Shown: positions 33,500 to 42,125 of the stretch, one piece after another
Layout of the letters: the number at the start of each line of letters is the position of its first letter
Numbering within the stretch: position 1 is the stretch's first letter
Origin: Alphaproteobacteria bacterium
GTDB taxonomy: Bacteria; Pseudomonadota; Alphaproteobacteria; Micropepsales; Micropepsaceae
Assembly (NCBI GenBank): GCA_017983635.1
Contig: JAGOBA010000006.1
Span: 60,478-124,477, forward strand
Direction of reading: 5' to 3'
DNA length: 64,000 nucleotides
The notes under the pieces: generated by a model
Database searches by the model: none
Told to the model about the DNA's origin: nothing
What the model saw: only the letters and a program-made list of their open reading frames with translations
Translations under genes and position numbers: made by a program

Positions 33500-34347
33500 A
33501 GCGGGCGTTCGAGGATCAGTGTCACCCAACCTTCCAGCGCGCTTCGGCGGAGGACGCGGAGGTTTTGGGCGCGGGCGATGCTGGTGATCGCGTTCGCTTG
33601 TTCATCGAGGAGGCCGGAGAGAATGGCGTGGCCTCCCGGGGCGAGGGTTGCCTTGATGCCGGGCATCAGCTTCATCAGTGGGCCGGCGAGGATGTTGGCG
33701 AAGATCAGGTCGTAGGGCGCGTGAGCAGCTATCAGCGGGGTGCGGAAGCCGTTCGCGGTTGTAATGCGCATGTGCGTTGCGGCTCGGTTTAGGCGTGCGT
33801 TTTCGATCGACTTGGCGGTGGCGAGCGGGTCGATGTCCGTCGCGACGACGGGCCGGTGCGTTAGACGCGCGAAAGCCATGCCGAGGACGCCGGTGCCGCA
33901 GCCGAGGTCGAGGGCGTTCCTAAATGTTCGGCGTTTCGCCAGATGCTCGAACGCCAGGAGGCAGCCGCGCGTCGTGCCGTGGTGGCCGGTGCCGAAGGCG
34001 TAGGAGGCTTCGATCTTCAGCCCGATCGCGTTCGCCGGTACATCGTTTGACGAGTGATCGCCATAGATGAAGAAGCGGCCGGTCTTGACAGGCGGCAAGC
34101 CTTCGAGGGCGCGGGCAACCCAGTTTTCGTCTTCGATCGCGATCACGCGCATCGGTACGCCGAAGCGTTGCGCGAGGTTGGCTTCGGAGGGCTCGTCGGT
34201 GAAGAAGGCTTCGACTTCCCAAAGGCCGCGTTCGCCGAGTTCGAAGGCGGAGACAACTGGCGTCGGGTCGAGCGCTTCGAGGGCTTCGCTTAGGCTTTGC
34301 GCGTCGCGTTTGGAAACGACGGCGCGGGCTTTCCAGCAGACGGGCAT
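33496..34347 (-). CDS. prmA: ribosomal protein L11 methyltransferase
   Basis: SAM motif LDLGCGTGVLGMA and PrmA-type N-domain. Follows uvrD with a 3-nt gap. Confidence 0.85.
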   Translation of the reverse strand: MPVCWKARAVVSKRDAQSLSEALEALDPTPVVSAFELGERGLWEVEAFFTDEPSEANLAQRFGVPMRVIAIEDENWVARALEGLPPVKTGRFFIYGDHSSNDVPANAIGLKIEASYAFGTGHHGTTRGCLLAFEHLAKRRTFRNALDLGCGTGVLGMAFARLTHRPVVATDIDPLATAKSIENARLNRAATHMRITTANGFRTPLIAAHAPYDLIFANILAGPLMKLMPGIKATLAPGGHAILSGLLDEQANAITSIARAQNLRVLRRSALEGWVTLILERPL

Positions 34348-34350
34348 CTC

Positions 34351-36618
34351 TCAAGCTCTGGCGAGATAGTTGGCGATGACGCGTTTCTCGCCGGCCTTGT
34401 CGAAGGCGACTGTCAGCTTGTTGCCGTCGATGGCGGTGACGCGGCCGTAGCCGAACTTCTGATGAAATACGCGCTCGCCGCGCCGATAGGTTTCGGCCGC
34501 GGGATCGGAGGTCGCGACGAGTTCGGCGTGGGCTTCGATCGTGGGGCGTGAGCCGAACACCTCGCCGCGGCGAGCCTGAGCGCGTTGCCAGCCGGGCGAG
34601 GAGTAACCACTGTCGAACGCCGGCGCGGTCGAGAGGTTCGAGTTGCCATAGGGCAGGCCCGGATCGCTTTCGACGATGATGGCTTCGGGCGGGAGTTCGC
34701 CGATGAAGCGCGATGGCATTGCGCTTTGCCACATGCCGTGGACGCGGCGGTTCGCGGCGTAGGACACCTTCGCGCGTTCGCGGGCGCGGGTGAGGCCAAC
34801 GTAAGCGAGGCGGCGTTCTTCTTCGAGGCCTTGCAATCCGTTTTCGTCGAGTGTGCGTTGGCTCGGGAACAGGCCTTCTTCCCAGCCGGGTAGGAAGACG
34901 GTCGGGAACTCAAGCCCCTTCGCGCCATGCAGCGTCATGATCGTGACCTTGTCGGTCGAGTCCGACTGTTCGATTTCCATGACGAGCGAGACGTGTTCAA
35001 GGAAGCCTTCGAGGTTTTCGAATTCTTCCATCGAGCGGACGAGTTCTTTCAAGTTCTCAAGCCGACCGGGTGCTTCGGGCGAACGGTCGGTCTGCCACAT
35101 GGCGGTGTAACCGCTTTCGTCGAGAACCATTTCGGCGAGTTCTATATGGCTGAGCGCGGTCGCCTGATCGCTCCAGCGGGTGAAGCTTTGGGTCAGGTCG
35201 CGGAGTGCCGAACGTGTGCGTGCGGGGAGTTCGTCGGTTTCGCCCAAGGCTTTTGCGGCGGCGAGCAGCGGCGTCTTCATCGCGCGCGCCATCTTGTGCA
35301 CGGCTTGCAACGCCGCGTCGCCGAGGCCGCGCTTCGGTTTGTTGAAGATGCGCTCGAACGCCAGGTCGTCGTCGGGTTGAACGACGACGCGCAGATAGGC
35401 GAGGGCGTCGCGGATTTCTTGCCGCTCATAGAAGCGCGGGCCGCCGACAACGCGGTAGGGAATGCCGAGCTGCACGAAGCGTTCTTCGAAGGCGCGCATC
35501 TGGAACGAGGCGCGGACGAGGATGGCGATGTCGCTGAGCTTTTGCCGGTTGCGTGCGACCTGTTCGATGTCATCGGCGATCAGGCGGGCTTCTTCTTCGG
35601 CGTCCCAGACGCCGCGTACGGAGACGCGTTCGCCTTCGCCGAGCTCGGTCCAGAGCGTCTTGCCGAGGCGGCTTTTGTTCGCGGCGATGAGGCCGGAGGC
35701 GGCGGCTAAGATGTGCGGCGTGGAGCGGTAGTTGCGTTCCAGGCGCACGATCTTCGCACCGGGAAAGTCGCGCTCGAAGCGCAGGATGTTGTCGACCTCC
35801 GCGCCGCGCCAGCCATAGATCGACTGGTCGTCATCGCCGACGCAGCAGATGTTGCGCCGCTCACCTGCGAGGAGCCGGAGCCAGAGATATTGCGCGACGT
35901 TCGTGTCCTGATACTCATCCACGAGGATGTAGGCGAAGCGGTTGCGGTATTCCTCCAGCACTTCCGGGTGCGTCTTGAGGATCGTGATGACGTCGAGCAG
36001 CAGGTCGCCGAAGTCGACGGCGTTCAGCGCCTTCAAGCGTTGCTGATAGGCCTCGTAAAGTTCAGCGCCTTTGCCGTTGCCGTAGGCGAAGCTCTCGCCC
36101 GCCGGCACGTCCTTCGGCGTCATGGCGCGGTTCTTCCAGCTGTCGATCAGCGAGGCGAGATGACGCGCGGGCCAACGCTTGTCGTCGATGCGCGCGGCTT
36201 CAATCACCTGCTTCAGCAGACGCAGCTGATCGTCATCGTCGAGGATCGAGAAGTTCGATTTGAGGCCGACAAGTTCGGCGTGGCGGCGCAAGATCTTGGC
36301 GCCGATCGAGTGGAACGTGCCGAGCCACGGCATGCCTTCGACCATGCCGCCGATGATCTGACCGGTGCGGTGGATCATCTCGCGTGCGGCTTTGTTGGTG
36401 AACGTCACCGAGAGGATTTGGCTGGGCCAAGCGCGGCGCGAGGCGATCAGGTGCGCGAGGCGGGTGGTGAGCACGCGCGTCTTGCCGGTCCCGGCGCCGG
36501 CTAGCACAAGCACCGGTCCATCGAGCGCCAGCACGGCTTCGCGCTGGGCCTCGTTGAGGCCGTGCAAATAGGGCGGTTCCGCGGACGCGGGTAGGTGGGC
36601 GGCCGATGCTTGGGTCAT
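34351..36618 (-). CDS. uvrD: ATP-dependent DNA helicase, UvrD/PcrA/Rep family (SF1A)
   Basis: Motif I AGAGTGKTRVL, motif II VDEYQDTN, and later SF1 motifs (TLHGAKGLEF, VGLTRA). Confidence 0.9.
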   Translation of the reverse strand: MTQASAAHLPASAEPPYLHGLNEAQREAVLALDGPVLVLAGAGTGKTRVLTTRLAHLIASRRAWPSQILSVTFTNKAAREMIHRTGQIIGGMVEGMPWLGTFHSIGAKILRRHAELVGLKSNFSILDDDDQLRLLKQVIEAARIDDKRWPARHLASLIDSWKNRAMTPKDVPAGESFAYGNGKGAELYEAYQQRLKALNAVDFGDLLLDVITILKTHPEVLEEYRNRFAYILVDEYQDTNVAQYLWLRLLAGERRNICCVGDDDQSIYGWRGAEVDNILRFERDFPGAKIVRLERNYRSTPHILAAASGLIAANKSRLGKTLWTELGEGERVSVRGVWDAEEEARLIADDIEQVARNRQKLSDIAILVRASFQMRAFEERFVQLGIPYRVVGGPRFYERQEIRDALAYLRVVVQPDDDLAFERIFNKPKRGLGDAALQAVHKMARAMKTPLLAAAKALGETDELPARTRSALRDLTQSFTRWSDQATALSHIELAEMVLDESGYTAMWQTDRSPEAPGRLENLKELVRSMEEFENLEGFLEHVSLVMEIEQSDSTDKVTIMTLHGAKGLEFPTVFLPGWEEGLFPSQRTLDENGLQGLEEERRLAYVGLTRARERAKVSYAANRRVHGMWQSAMPSRFIGELPPEAIIVESDPGLPYGNSNLSTAPAFDSGYSSPGWQRAQARRGEVFGSRPTIEAHAELVATSDPAAETYRRGERVFHQKFGYGRVTAIDGNKLTVAFDKAGEKRVIANYLARA

Positions 36619-36759
36619 GATTCAAGGGACAATAGGTGGGTTGGGCGGTGCGATGCCACCCCCTCGCTCAGCAGATTGTGAAGAAGTCGCAGCGTTTTGG
36701 ACCGGGCGTTTTCGCTGTCCTGGGCGATAAGGTCCGCGAGATCTGAGGAGAAGAAAAAA

Positions 36760-37752
36760 GTGCGAAATCTCTGGGCGGGCTTGGTTCTCGCATTGTCGTT
36801 CGGGCCTGCATTGGCGGAGTCCGCAGGCGAGGGTCAGGCGGTGCGCGAGTTGGCGCCGGGCGTTCATTTGATTCCCGGGAGCTTCATGCCTGACAGAGGG
36901 CCCGACGGAAACACCGTCGTTTTCGACGCGCCCGAAGGCCTTATCGTGGTGGACACGGGCCGGCATGTTTGGCACAGCGACAAGATACTGGCGTTTGCGT
37001 CTGCGCAGAAGCGGCCGATCCGCGTGATCGTGAACACGCATTGGCATCTCGATCATTCGAGCGGCAATGGGAGGCTGAAGCAGGTCTTTCCGGCGGCGCG
37101 CATCTATACGACGAACGCCGTGGATCGCGTATTGGCGCCGGGCGGCTTCTTGGCGCGCGAGTTGGCGTTGGAGAAAACATTCGCCAACGATCCAACGCTC
37201 AGCGCGACAGAGAGAGAAGAGATTGCTATCTTCGTGAAGACGATGGAACAGCAGGATATGTTGCGGCCGGATGTTGCGATCGCGACGTCGGGGGCGATGT
37301 CCTTGGCGGGGCGGGCGTTCGACGTCCGTGTGACGGACAAGGCGGTGACGGACGCAGACGTCTGGCTTTTGGACGCCGAAAGCGGCACGGCGGTGGTCGG
37401 CGATTTGGTGACGTTGCCTGCCCCTTTTTTTGAGACGGCGTGTCCACGCAAATGGGTTGCGGCGCTCGACGAGGTTTGGGCGACGCCGTTTAAGATTGCA
37501 ATTCCTGGGCACGGTGAGCCGATGCGGCGCGAGGCCTTCAACACCTATCGCGCTGCGTTTGGTGCGTTCGTCGACTGCGTGCTGCACTCGGCTAAGGCGC
37601 CGCAGGCGTGTGCTGCGGCTTGGGCCACGGGGGTCGATGGTTTGCTTGGCGGCAAGGACGATCAGCGAAAGCGGGCGATCGCTATGTCCGAATACTACGT
37701 GAAAATGTTGCGCAAGGACGGCGGCAAGAGCAAAGACTGTCTCGCCGAGTGA
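36760..37752 (+). CDS. secreted MBL-fold metallo-hydrolase
   Basis: Signal peptide VRNLWAGLVLALSFGPALAES after SD GAGGAG, and the HxHxDH motif (NTHWHLDHSSGN). GTG 36760 chosen as start. Confidence 0.8.
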   Translation: MRNLWAGLVLALSFGPALAESAGEGQAVRELAPGVHLIPGSFMPDRGPDGNTVVFDAPEGLIVVDTGRHVWHSDKILAFASAQKRPIRVIVNTHWHLDHSSGNGRLKQVFPAARIYTTNAVDRVLAPGGFLARELALEKTFANDPTLSATEREEIAIFVKTMEQQDMLRPDVAIATSGAMSLAGRAFDVRVTDKAVTDADVWLLDAESGTAVVGDLVTLPAPFFETACPRKWVAALDEVWATPFKIAIPGHGEPMRREAFNTYRAAFGAFVDCVLHSAKAPQACAAAWATGVDGLLGGKDDQRKRAIAMSEYYVKMLRKDGGKSKDCLAE

Positions 37753-37756
37753 GCGC

Positions 37757-38911
37757 TCACTCGATGGCGGCGAAGCCGTTCGCACGAATGCGTTCTCCGC
37801 TTTGGTCGAGGGCTTGAGCGGCGGGCCGGGTCGCGGGATCCGCGGATGCCGAGAGCTTCATAGGGTTGCCGGCGAGTTTGAGTTCGCCGATGTCGGCGTC
37901 CTGCATCGTCACGACCATGTTGCGTGAGCGGACGTGCGGGTCGGCGAGGACTTGGGCGACGTCGTTGATCGGGCCGCAGGGGACGCCGGCGGCCTCGATC
38001 TTTCCAAGCCAATGAGCGGCGATGTTCGCTGCGAGCGCGCGTTCTAGTTCTTGCGCGAGCGCGGCGTGGTTGGTGTTGCGCAAATCGTTTGTCTTGAAGC
38101 GTGCGTCGGCGCTTAGTGCCGGGACGCCGATCGCTTCGCAGAGTCTGACGAACAGCGCGTTGTTGCCGGCAGCGATGATGATCGGCTGGTCGGCGGTTTG
38201 GAACGCGGCGAACGGCGTGATCGAGGGATGCCTCGAGCCCAGCGGTCCCGGCGCCGTGCCGGTCGCGACGAAGCGCGCGATCGCGTTTTCGAGCAGCGCC
38301 ACTTGGCAGTCGAGCATGGCGACGTCGATCTTCTGCGCCTCACCGGTGCGTTCGCGGTGATAGAGTGCCGCACCGATGGCGGAGAGTGCGAAGAGGCCGG
38401 CGGCGATGTCGCCGATCGAGGTGCCGACGCGCGTGGGCGGGCCGCCCGGTTGGCCGGTCAGGCTCATCACGCCGCCCATGCCTTGCACGACCATGTCGTA
38501 GGCGGGTTTTTCTTTGTAGGGTCCGGTGTGGCCGAAGCCCGAGATCGCGACGTAGATCAGTCTGGGAAAGCGCGCGTGCAGGCCTTCCCAATCGTAGCGG
38601 AGCTTTTCCATCGTGCCGCCGCGGTAGTTTTCGACCAGGATGTCGGCTTCGCCCAGCAAGCGTTCGAATGCGGCGCGGTCGGCGTTGGCTTTGAGGTCGA
38701 GCGCGATCGAATGCTTGCCGCGGTTCAGCGACATGAAGTAGGCGGACTTGCCGTTGATGAAGGGGCCGATGTGGCGCGCGTCGTCGCCGGTCTTCGGGGG
38801 CTCGACCTTGATGACGGTCGCGCCCTGGTCAGCCAGCATCATCGTGCAGTAGGGGCCGGCGAGAACGCGGGTGAGATCGACGACCTTCAGGCCGCTATAG
38901 GGACCGGTCAT
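37757..38911 (-). CDS. CaiB/BaiF family (class III) CoA-transferase
   Basis: N-terminus LKVVDLTRVLAGPYCTMMLADQGATVIKVE is the family hallmark. Its start overlaps the DUF4169 stop (ATGA). Confidence 0.9.
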   Translation of the reverse strand: MTGPYSGLKVVDLTRVLAGPYCTMMLADQGATVIKVEPPKTGDDARHIGPFINGKSAYFMSLNRGKHSIALDLKANADRAAFERLLGEADILVENYRGGTMEKLRYDWEGLHARFPRLIYVAISGFGHTGPYKEKPAYDMVVQGMGGVMSLTGQPGGPPTRVGTSIGDIAAGLFALSAIGAALYHRERTGEAQKIDVAMLDCQVALLENAIARFVATGTAPGPLGSRHPSITPFAAFQTADQPIIIAAGNNALFVRLCEAIGVPALSADARFKTNDLRNTNHAALAQELERALAANIAAHWLGKIEAAGVPCGPINDVAQVLADPHVRSRNMVVTMQDADIGELKLAGNPMKLSASADPATRPAAQALDQSGERIRANGFAAIE

Positions 38912-39096
38912 TCCGATTTCTCGTCGTCGAGACGCTTGCCTTCGATTTCGGCCTCGGCCTTCTTGCGGTCGGCTTCGCCCTTCTTGCGCAGGTGCTTCGG
39001 CGTGCCGAATTGCACGCGATTGTTCGCGGCGGTGCGTTCGGCCTCAGCCTTGGCGCGCGCTTTGCGGGCACGGTTCAGATTGACGATCTCGGCCAT
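38908..39096 (-). CDS. DUF4169-family small charged protein
   Basis: 62 aa, MAEIVNLNRARKARAKAEAERTAANNRVQFGTPK... Matches the DUF4169 pattern from memory. It is translationally coupled on both sides. Confidence 0.7.
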   Translation of the reverse strand: MAEIVNLNRARKARAKAEAERTAANNRVQFGTPKHLRKKGEADRKKAEAEIEGKRLDDEKSE

Positions 39097-39317
39097 CAGC
39101 TTTTCTTCCGGTAATGCGCCAGCACGAAGACGCGGAGCGCGCTGGACAAATTCTGACCGCGGCCGTCGCGTTTGTCGATCTCATCGACGAGTTGGGCGAG
39201 CGGGCGCTTTTTTTCGGCGGCGATTTCGGTCAGCGCCTCCCAGAAGTCGGCCTCCAACGACACGCTGGTGCGGTGGCCGGAGATGGTGATGGAGCGTTTG
39301 AGTTTCTTCACGGGCAT
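39096..39317 (-). CDS. ribbon-helix-helix (RHH_4-type) domain protein
   Basis: 73 aa. KRSITISGHRTSVSLEADFWEALTEIAAEKKRPLAQLVDEID is the RHH_4 signature. Its stop shares 1 nt with the DUF4169 start. Confidence 0.75.
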   Translation of the reverse strand: MPVKKLKRSITISGHRTSVSLEADFWEALTEIAAEKKRPLAQLVDEIDKRDGRGQNLSSALRVFVLAHYRKKS

Positions 39318-39384
39318 CGGTGCGCGATCGAAGCTGCCGACAATCTCTTTCGGCGCGATGTGCAGAAAAACAGCATCAACTCAC

Positions 39385-39452
39385 CCGTAACTCCGTAACA
39401 ATCGCAGACCTCCGCGAAAAATTCCGTAACAAGTCCGCTACATGGCCGCTAC
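39385..39452. promoter_or_regulatory. iteron-like array of five same-orientation 7-mers (CCGTAAC x3, CCGCTAC x2)
   Basis: Copies at 39385, 39393, 39424, 39435 and 39446, with spacings of 8, 31, 11 and 11 bp. The 10-mer TCCGTAACAA occurs twice (39392, 39423). The array lies 70-135 bp upstream of the RHH gene start. Confidence 0.55.
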
Positions 39453-39547
39453 TTGTAACGCCCCTGGGTGATCGTGCGCGGCACACCATCGTCTGAGTGC
39501 ACTCCAACAGTCTCATTCGTCGCTCCATAGGGCAGAAAGTTAGACTA

Positions 39548-39562
39548 GAACATAAATAGAAC
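39548..39562. promoter_or_regulatory. candidate alphaproteobacterial LexA (SOS) box, GAAC-N7-GAAC
   Basis: Exact GAACataaataGAAC in the AT-rich core of a 540-bp non-coding spacer. Confidence 0.45.
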
Positions 39563-39857
39563 ATTGATGTGGTGGAGTCAATGGCTCGTGCGCAGCTTTC
39601 GCGTCGGCGGCGAACATTCGCCGATGCGCGCATGGCTCGTCGTCAAGGACGGTAAGGTTCTCGCGAAGGCGGCTACGCACGACACGCACGCGCACGCGGA
39701 CAGAAGATGGGGGTGCTGCACTCAACCCCAATGGCGGTCTCGCTCTACCGTGCGATGAGCTTTCGCGAAGCGGCACCGTTCCGCCTCTACGCGGCGCCGA
39801 ACTCGTTCCACGCCTGATGCGGGCGGTTCAAAACCCGAACGAGCACCACGTCGCGTC

Positions 39858-41594
39858 CTACTCCGCCGCCAATGCCATCGGGGCGCGTTGGGGGCCGCGG
39901 ATGACTTTGCCGGGGCGTGGGGTTTGGAGTTCGCCGTCGCGGAAGGTGACCTGGCCGCTTTTGATCGTGGCGACGTAGCCTTCTGCTTTTTGCAGAAGGC
40001 GTTTGCCGCCGGCGGGCAAGTCGAACGCCAGCCAGGGTTTGCCGAGCTTCAACTTGGCGAGGTCGATCACGTTGACGTCGGCGAGATAGCCCTTCGCGAG
40101 CAGGCCGCGGTCTTGCATGCCGTAGAGCAGCGCGGTGTCGCGGCATTGGCGCTTGATTGCGAGTTCGAGCGGGATCGTGCCGCGGGCGCGGTCGCGCACC
40201 CAATGCTGCAGCAGGAAGGTCGGTGACGCCGCGTCGCAGATCGTGCCGCAGTGCGCACCGCCGTCGGAGAGCGAGATCACCGCGTCGTCGTTATGAAGCA
40301 AGCCCTTTACAAAATCCAGATTGCCGTCCGCGTAGTTCAAGAGCGGCATGTAGATGAAGCCGGTGCCGCCGTCCTGCATCAAGAGGTCGTAGGCGTATTC
40401 GTCGCCGCTGACGCCCTTCGCGGCGGCGCGAGCCATGATCGTTTCGTTCTGGCGCGGTTCGTAGTTGAAGGCGTCGTCCATTTCGTACTGCATGAACCAG
40501 CCTTTGGAGACCACCATGCGCAGTTCAGGGAGATCGCCTTCCAGGTTCGGCTCCTCGGCGATGATGCGGGCGCGGAATTCCGGGTCGCGCAGCGTCTTGA
40601 GCTGTTGGTCCCACGGCTTACCTTCGATCTGGCCCCAAGAGGGACGCAGGCGGAACGGGTTGACGGTACCGCGCCAGGCCATGATGACGCCGGTGCCGCG
40701 CAGCGCGATCTGAGCGCGGATGTTCGCGCCCTTCGCGTTTTGCTCCGCCATCGACGACATTTGTTCCTGCCAGGGTAGTTCCTTGGCGATCGATTGCAGC
40801 ATGGCGAATGTCACGGGCAGCTTCGTCTCGCGGCTGAGCTCGCCCATCCATTCGAATTCGTTCCAATCCCGTTTCAGGTCGGACGCCATTTCGAAGACGC
40901 CGTAGCCGACGCGGCCCATGGCGCGACCGATGCCGATGAGTTCTTCCTTCGTCGCGGTCGTGCCGGGCACGAGTTCGCCGTCGACGGAGCGGTGCAGGAT
41001 CGTGCGCGAGGTCGAGAAGCCGAGCGCGCCGGCGCGCAATCCTTCCTCGACGATTTGCGACATGCGGGCGATGTCGGTTTCGGTCGGCGCCTCGTTGCGC
41101 GCGCCGCGTTCGCCCATCACGTAAGCGCGCACGGCGCCGTGCGGCACATGGGTTGCGACATCGACGGTGCGCGGTAGCGCTTCGAGCGCGTCGAGATATT
41201 CGGGGAAGCTTTCCCAGTTCCACTTCATGCCTTCGGCGAGCGCGGTGCCGGGGATGTCTTCCACGCCTTCCATCAGGCCGATCAGCCATTGATGCCGGTC
41301 CGGCCGCGCGGGTGCGAAGCCGACGCCGCAATTGCCCATGACGACGGTGGTGACGCCGTGCCAGCTGGAGGGCGCCATCTCGTCGTCCCAGGTCGCCTGG
41401 CCGTCGTAGTGCGTGTGCACGTCGACGAAGCCGGGGGCGACGATCATGCCAGCGGCATCGATTTCTTCGCGGCCGCGTGCGGTGACGTTCCCGACTGCGG
41501 TGATCTTGCCGCCGTCGATGGCGACGTCGCCGGTAAAGGGCGTCGTGCCGGTGCCGTCGACGATGGTGCCGCCGCGAATGACGAGATCGTGCAT
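39858..41594 (-). CDS. N-acyl-D-amino-acid deacylase (D-aminoacylase) family amidohydrolase
   Basis: N-terminus [14 protein letters not shown]...[12 protein letters not shown] and later metal-ligand context, at the family-typical length of about 580 aa. Confidence 0.85.
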   Translation of the reverse strand: MHDLVIRGGTIVDGTGTTPFTGDVAIDGGKITAVGNVTARGREEIDAAGMIVAPGFVDVHTHYDGQATWDDEMAPSSWHGVTTVVMGNCGVGFAPARPDRHQWLIGLMEGVEDIPGTALAEGMKWNWESFPEYLDALEALPRTVDVATHVPHGAVRAYVMGERGARNEAPTETDIARMSQIVEEGLRAGALGFSTSRTILHRSVDGELVPGTTATKEELIGIGRAMGRVGYGVFEMASDLKRDWNEFEWMGELSRETKLPVTFAMLQSIAKELPWQEQMSSMAEQNAKGANIRAQIALRGTGVIMAWRGTVNPFRLRPSWGQIEGKPWDQQLKTLRDPEFRARIIAEEPNLEGDLPELRMVVSKGWFMQYEMDDAFNYEPRQNETIMARAAAKGVSGDEYAYDLLMQDGGTGFIYMPLLNYADGNLDFVKGLLHNDDAVISLSDGGAHCGTICDAASPTFLLQHWVRDRARGTIPLELAIKRQCRDTALLYGMQDRGLLAKGYLADVNVIDLAKLKLGKPWLAFDLPAGGKRLLQKAEGYVATIKSGQVTFRDGELQTPRPGKVIRGPQRAPMALAAE

Positions 41595-41660
41595 GGGTGC
41601 GTTTCCTCAATGTGTGTTTCGAGGGACGCTAGCAGAGGTGCAGCTACGTGCGAAGGGGGA

Positions 41661-42113
41661 CTAGCCGGGCGGCGTGAGCGGGCCGTCTTTGATTACCGCT
41701 AGGTTTCCCTTGCCGGGGATGAAGTTCGCTTCGATGCGGATGCCGTCGGGGTCTTCGAAGAGGATCGAGTAGTAATCGGGTGCCCAAGGGCCGGTTTCGG
41801 GGGCGCGAATGATTTTGGCGCCTATCTCAGCGACCGCCTTGTGCAGCGCATCGACGTCGTCGCGCGAGCGGAGGCGAAAGCAGAAGTGATGCAAGCCGAT
41901 GCGCCATTGATCGAAGCCGCTATCGGCGTGCGACGTGTCGGACTCGCGGATCACGATGCCGGTGCGGCCGCCGATGCAGTAAAAGACGCCGGGCCCATCG
42001 TACTGGATCGTCATGCCGAACGTTTCGTGCAACAGGCGGTGGTAGAATGGTCGGCTGCGTTGAACGCTGCGTACGGTCAACTGAATGTGTGCGATGCCGT
42101 TTGGGTCGATCAT
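41661..42113 (-). CDS. VOC family protein (glyoxalase/bleomycin-resistance fold)
   Basis: 150 aa; IAHIQLTVRSVQRSRPFYHRLL...HHFCFRLRS...GIRIEANF pattern. Confidence 0.75.
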   Translation of the reverse strand: MIDPNGIAHIQLTVRSVQRSRPFYHRLLHETFGMTIQYDGPGVFYCIGGRTGIVIRESDTSHADSGFDQWRIGLHHFCFRLRSRDDVDALHKAVAEIGAKIIRAPETGPWAPDYYSILFEDPDGIRIEANFIPGKGNLAVIKDGPLTPPG

Positions 42114-42125
42114 GATCCGCCGGCG

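Noticed and set aside
39564-39758. 64-aa ORF (MMWWSQWLV…) immediately after the SOS-like box, and the minus-strand ORFs at 39376-39633 and 39540-39776.
   Set aside because: They have no SD, atypical composition, no hydrophobic or recognisable domain, and mutually overlap. They are treated as non-coding. Only the 24-codon ORF with an SD-like GGTGGAG is mentioned, as speculation.
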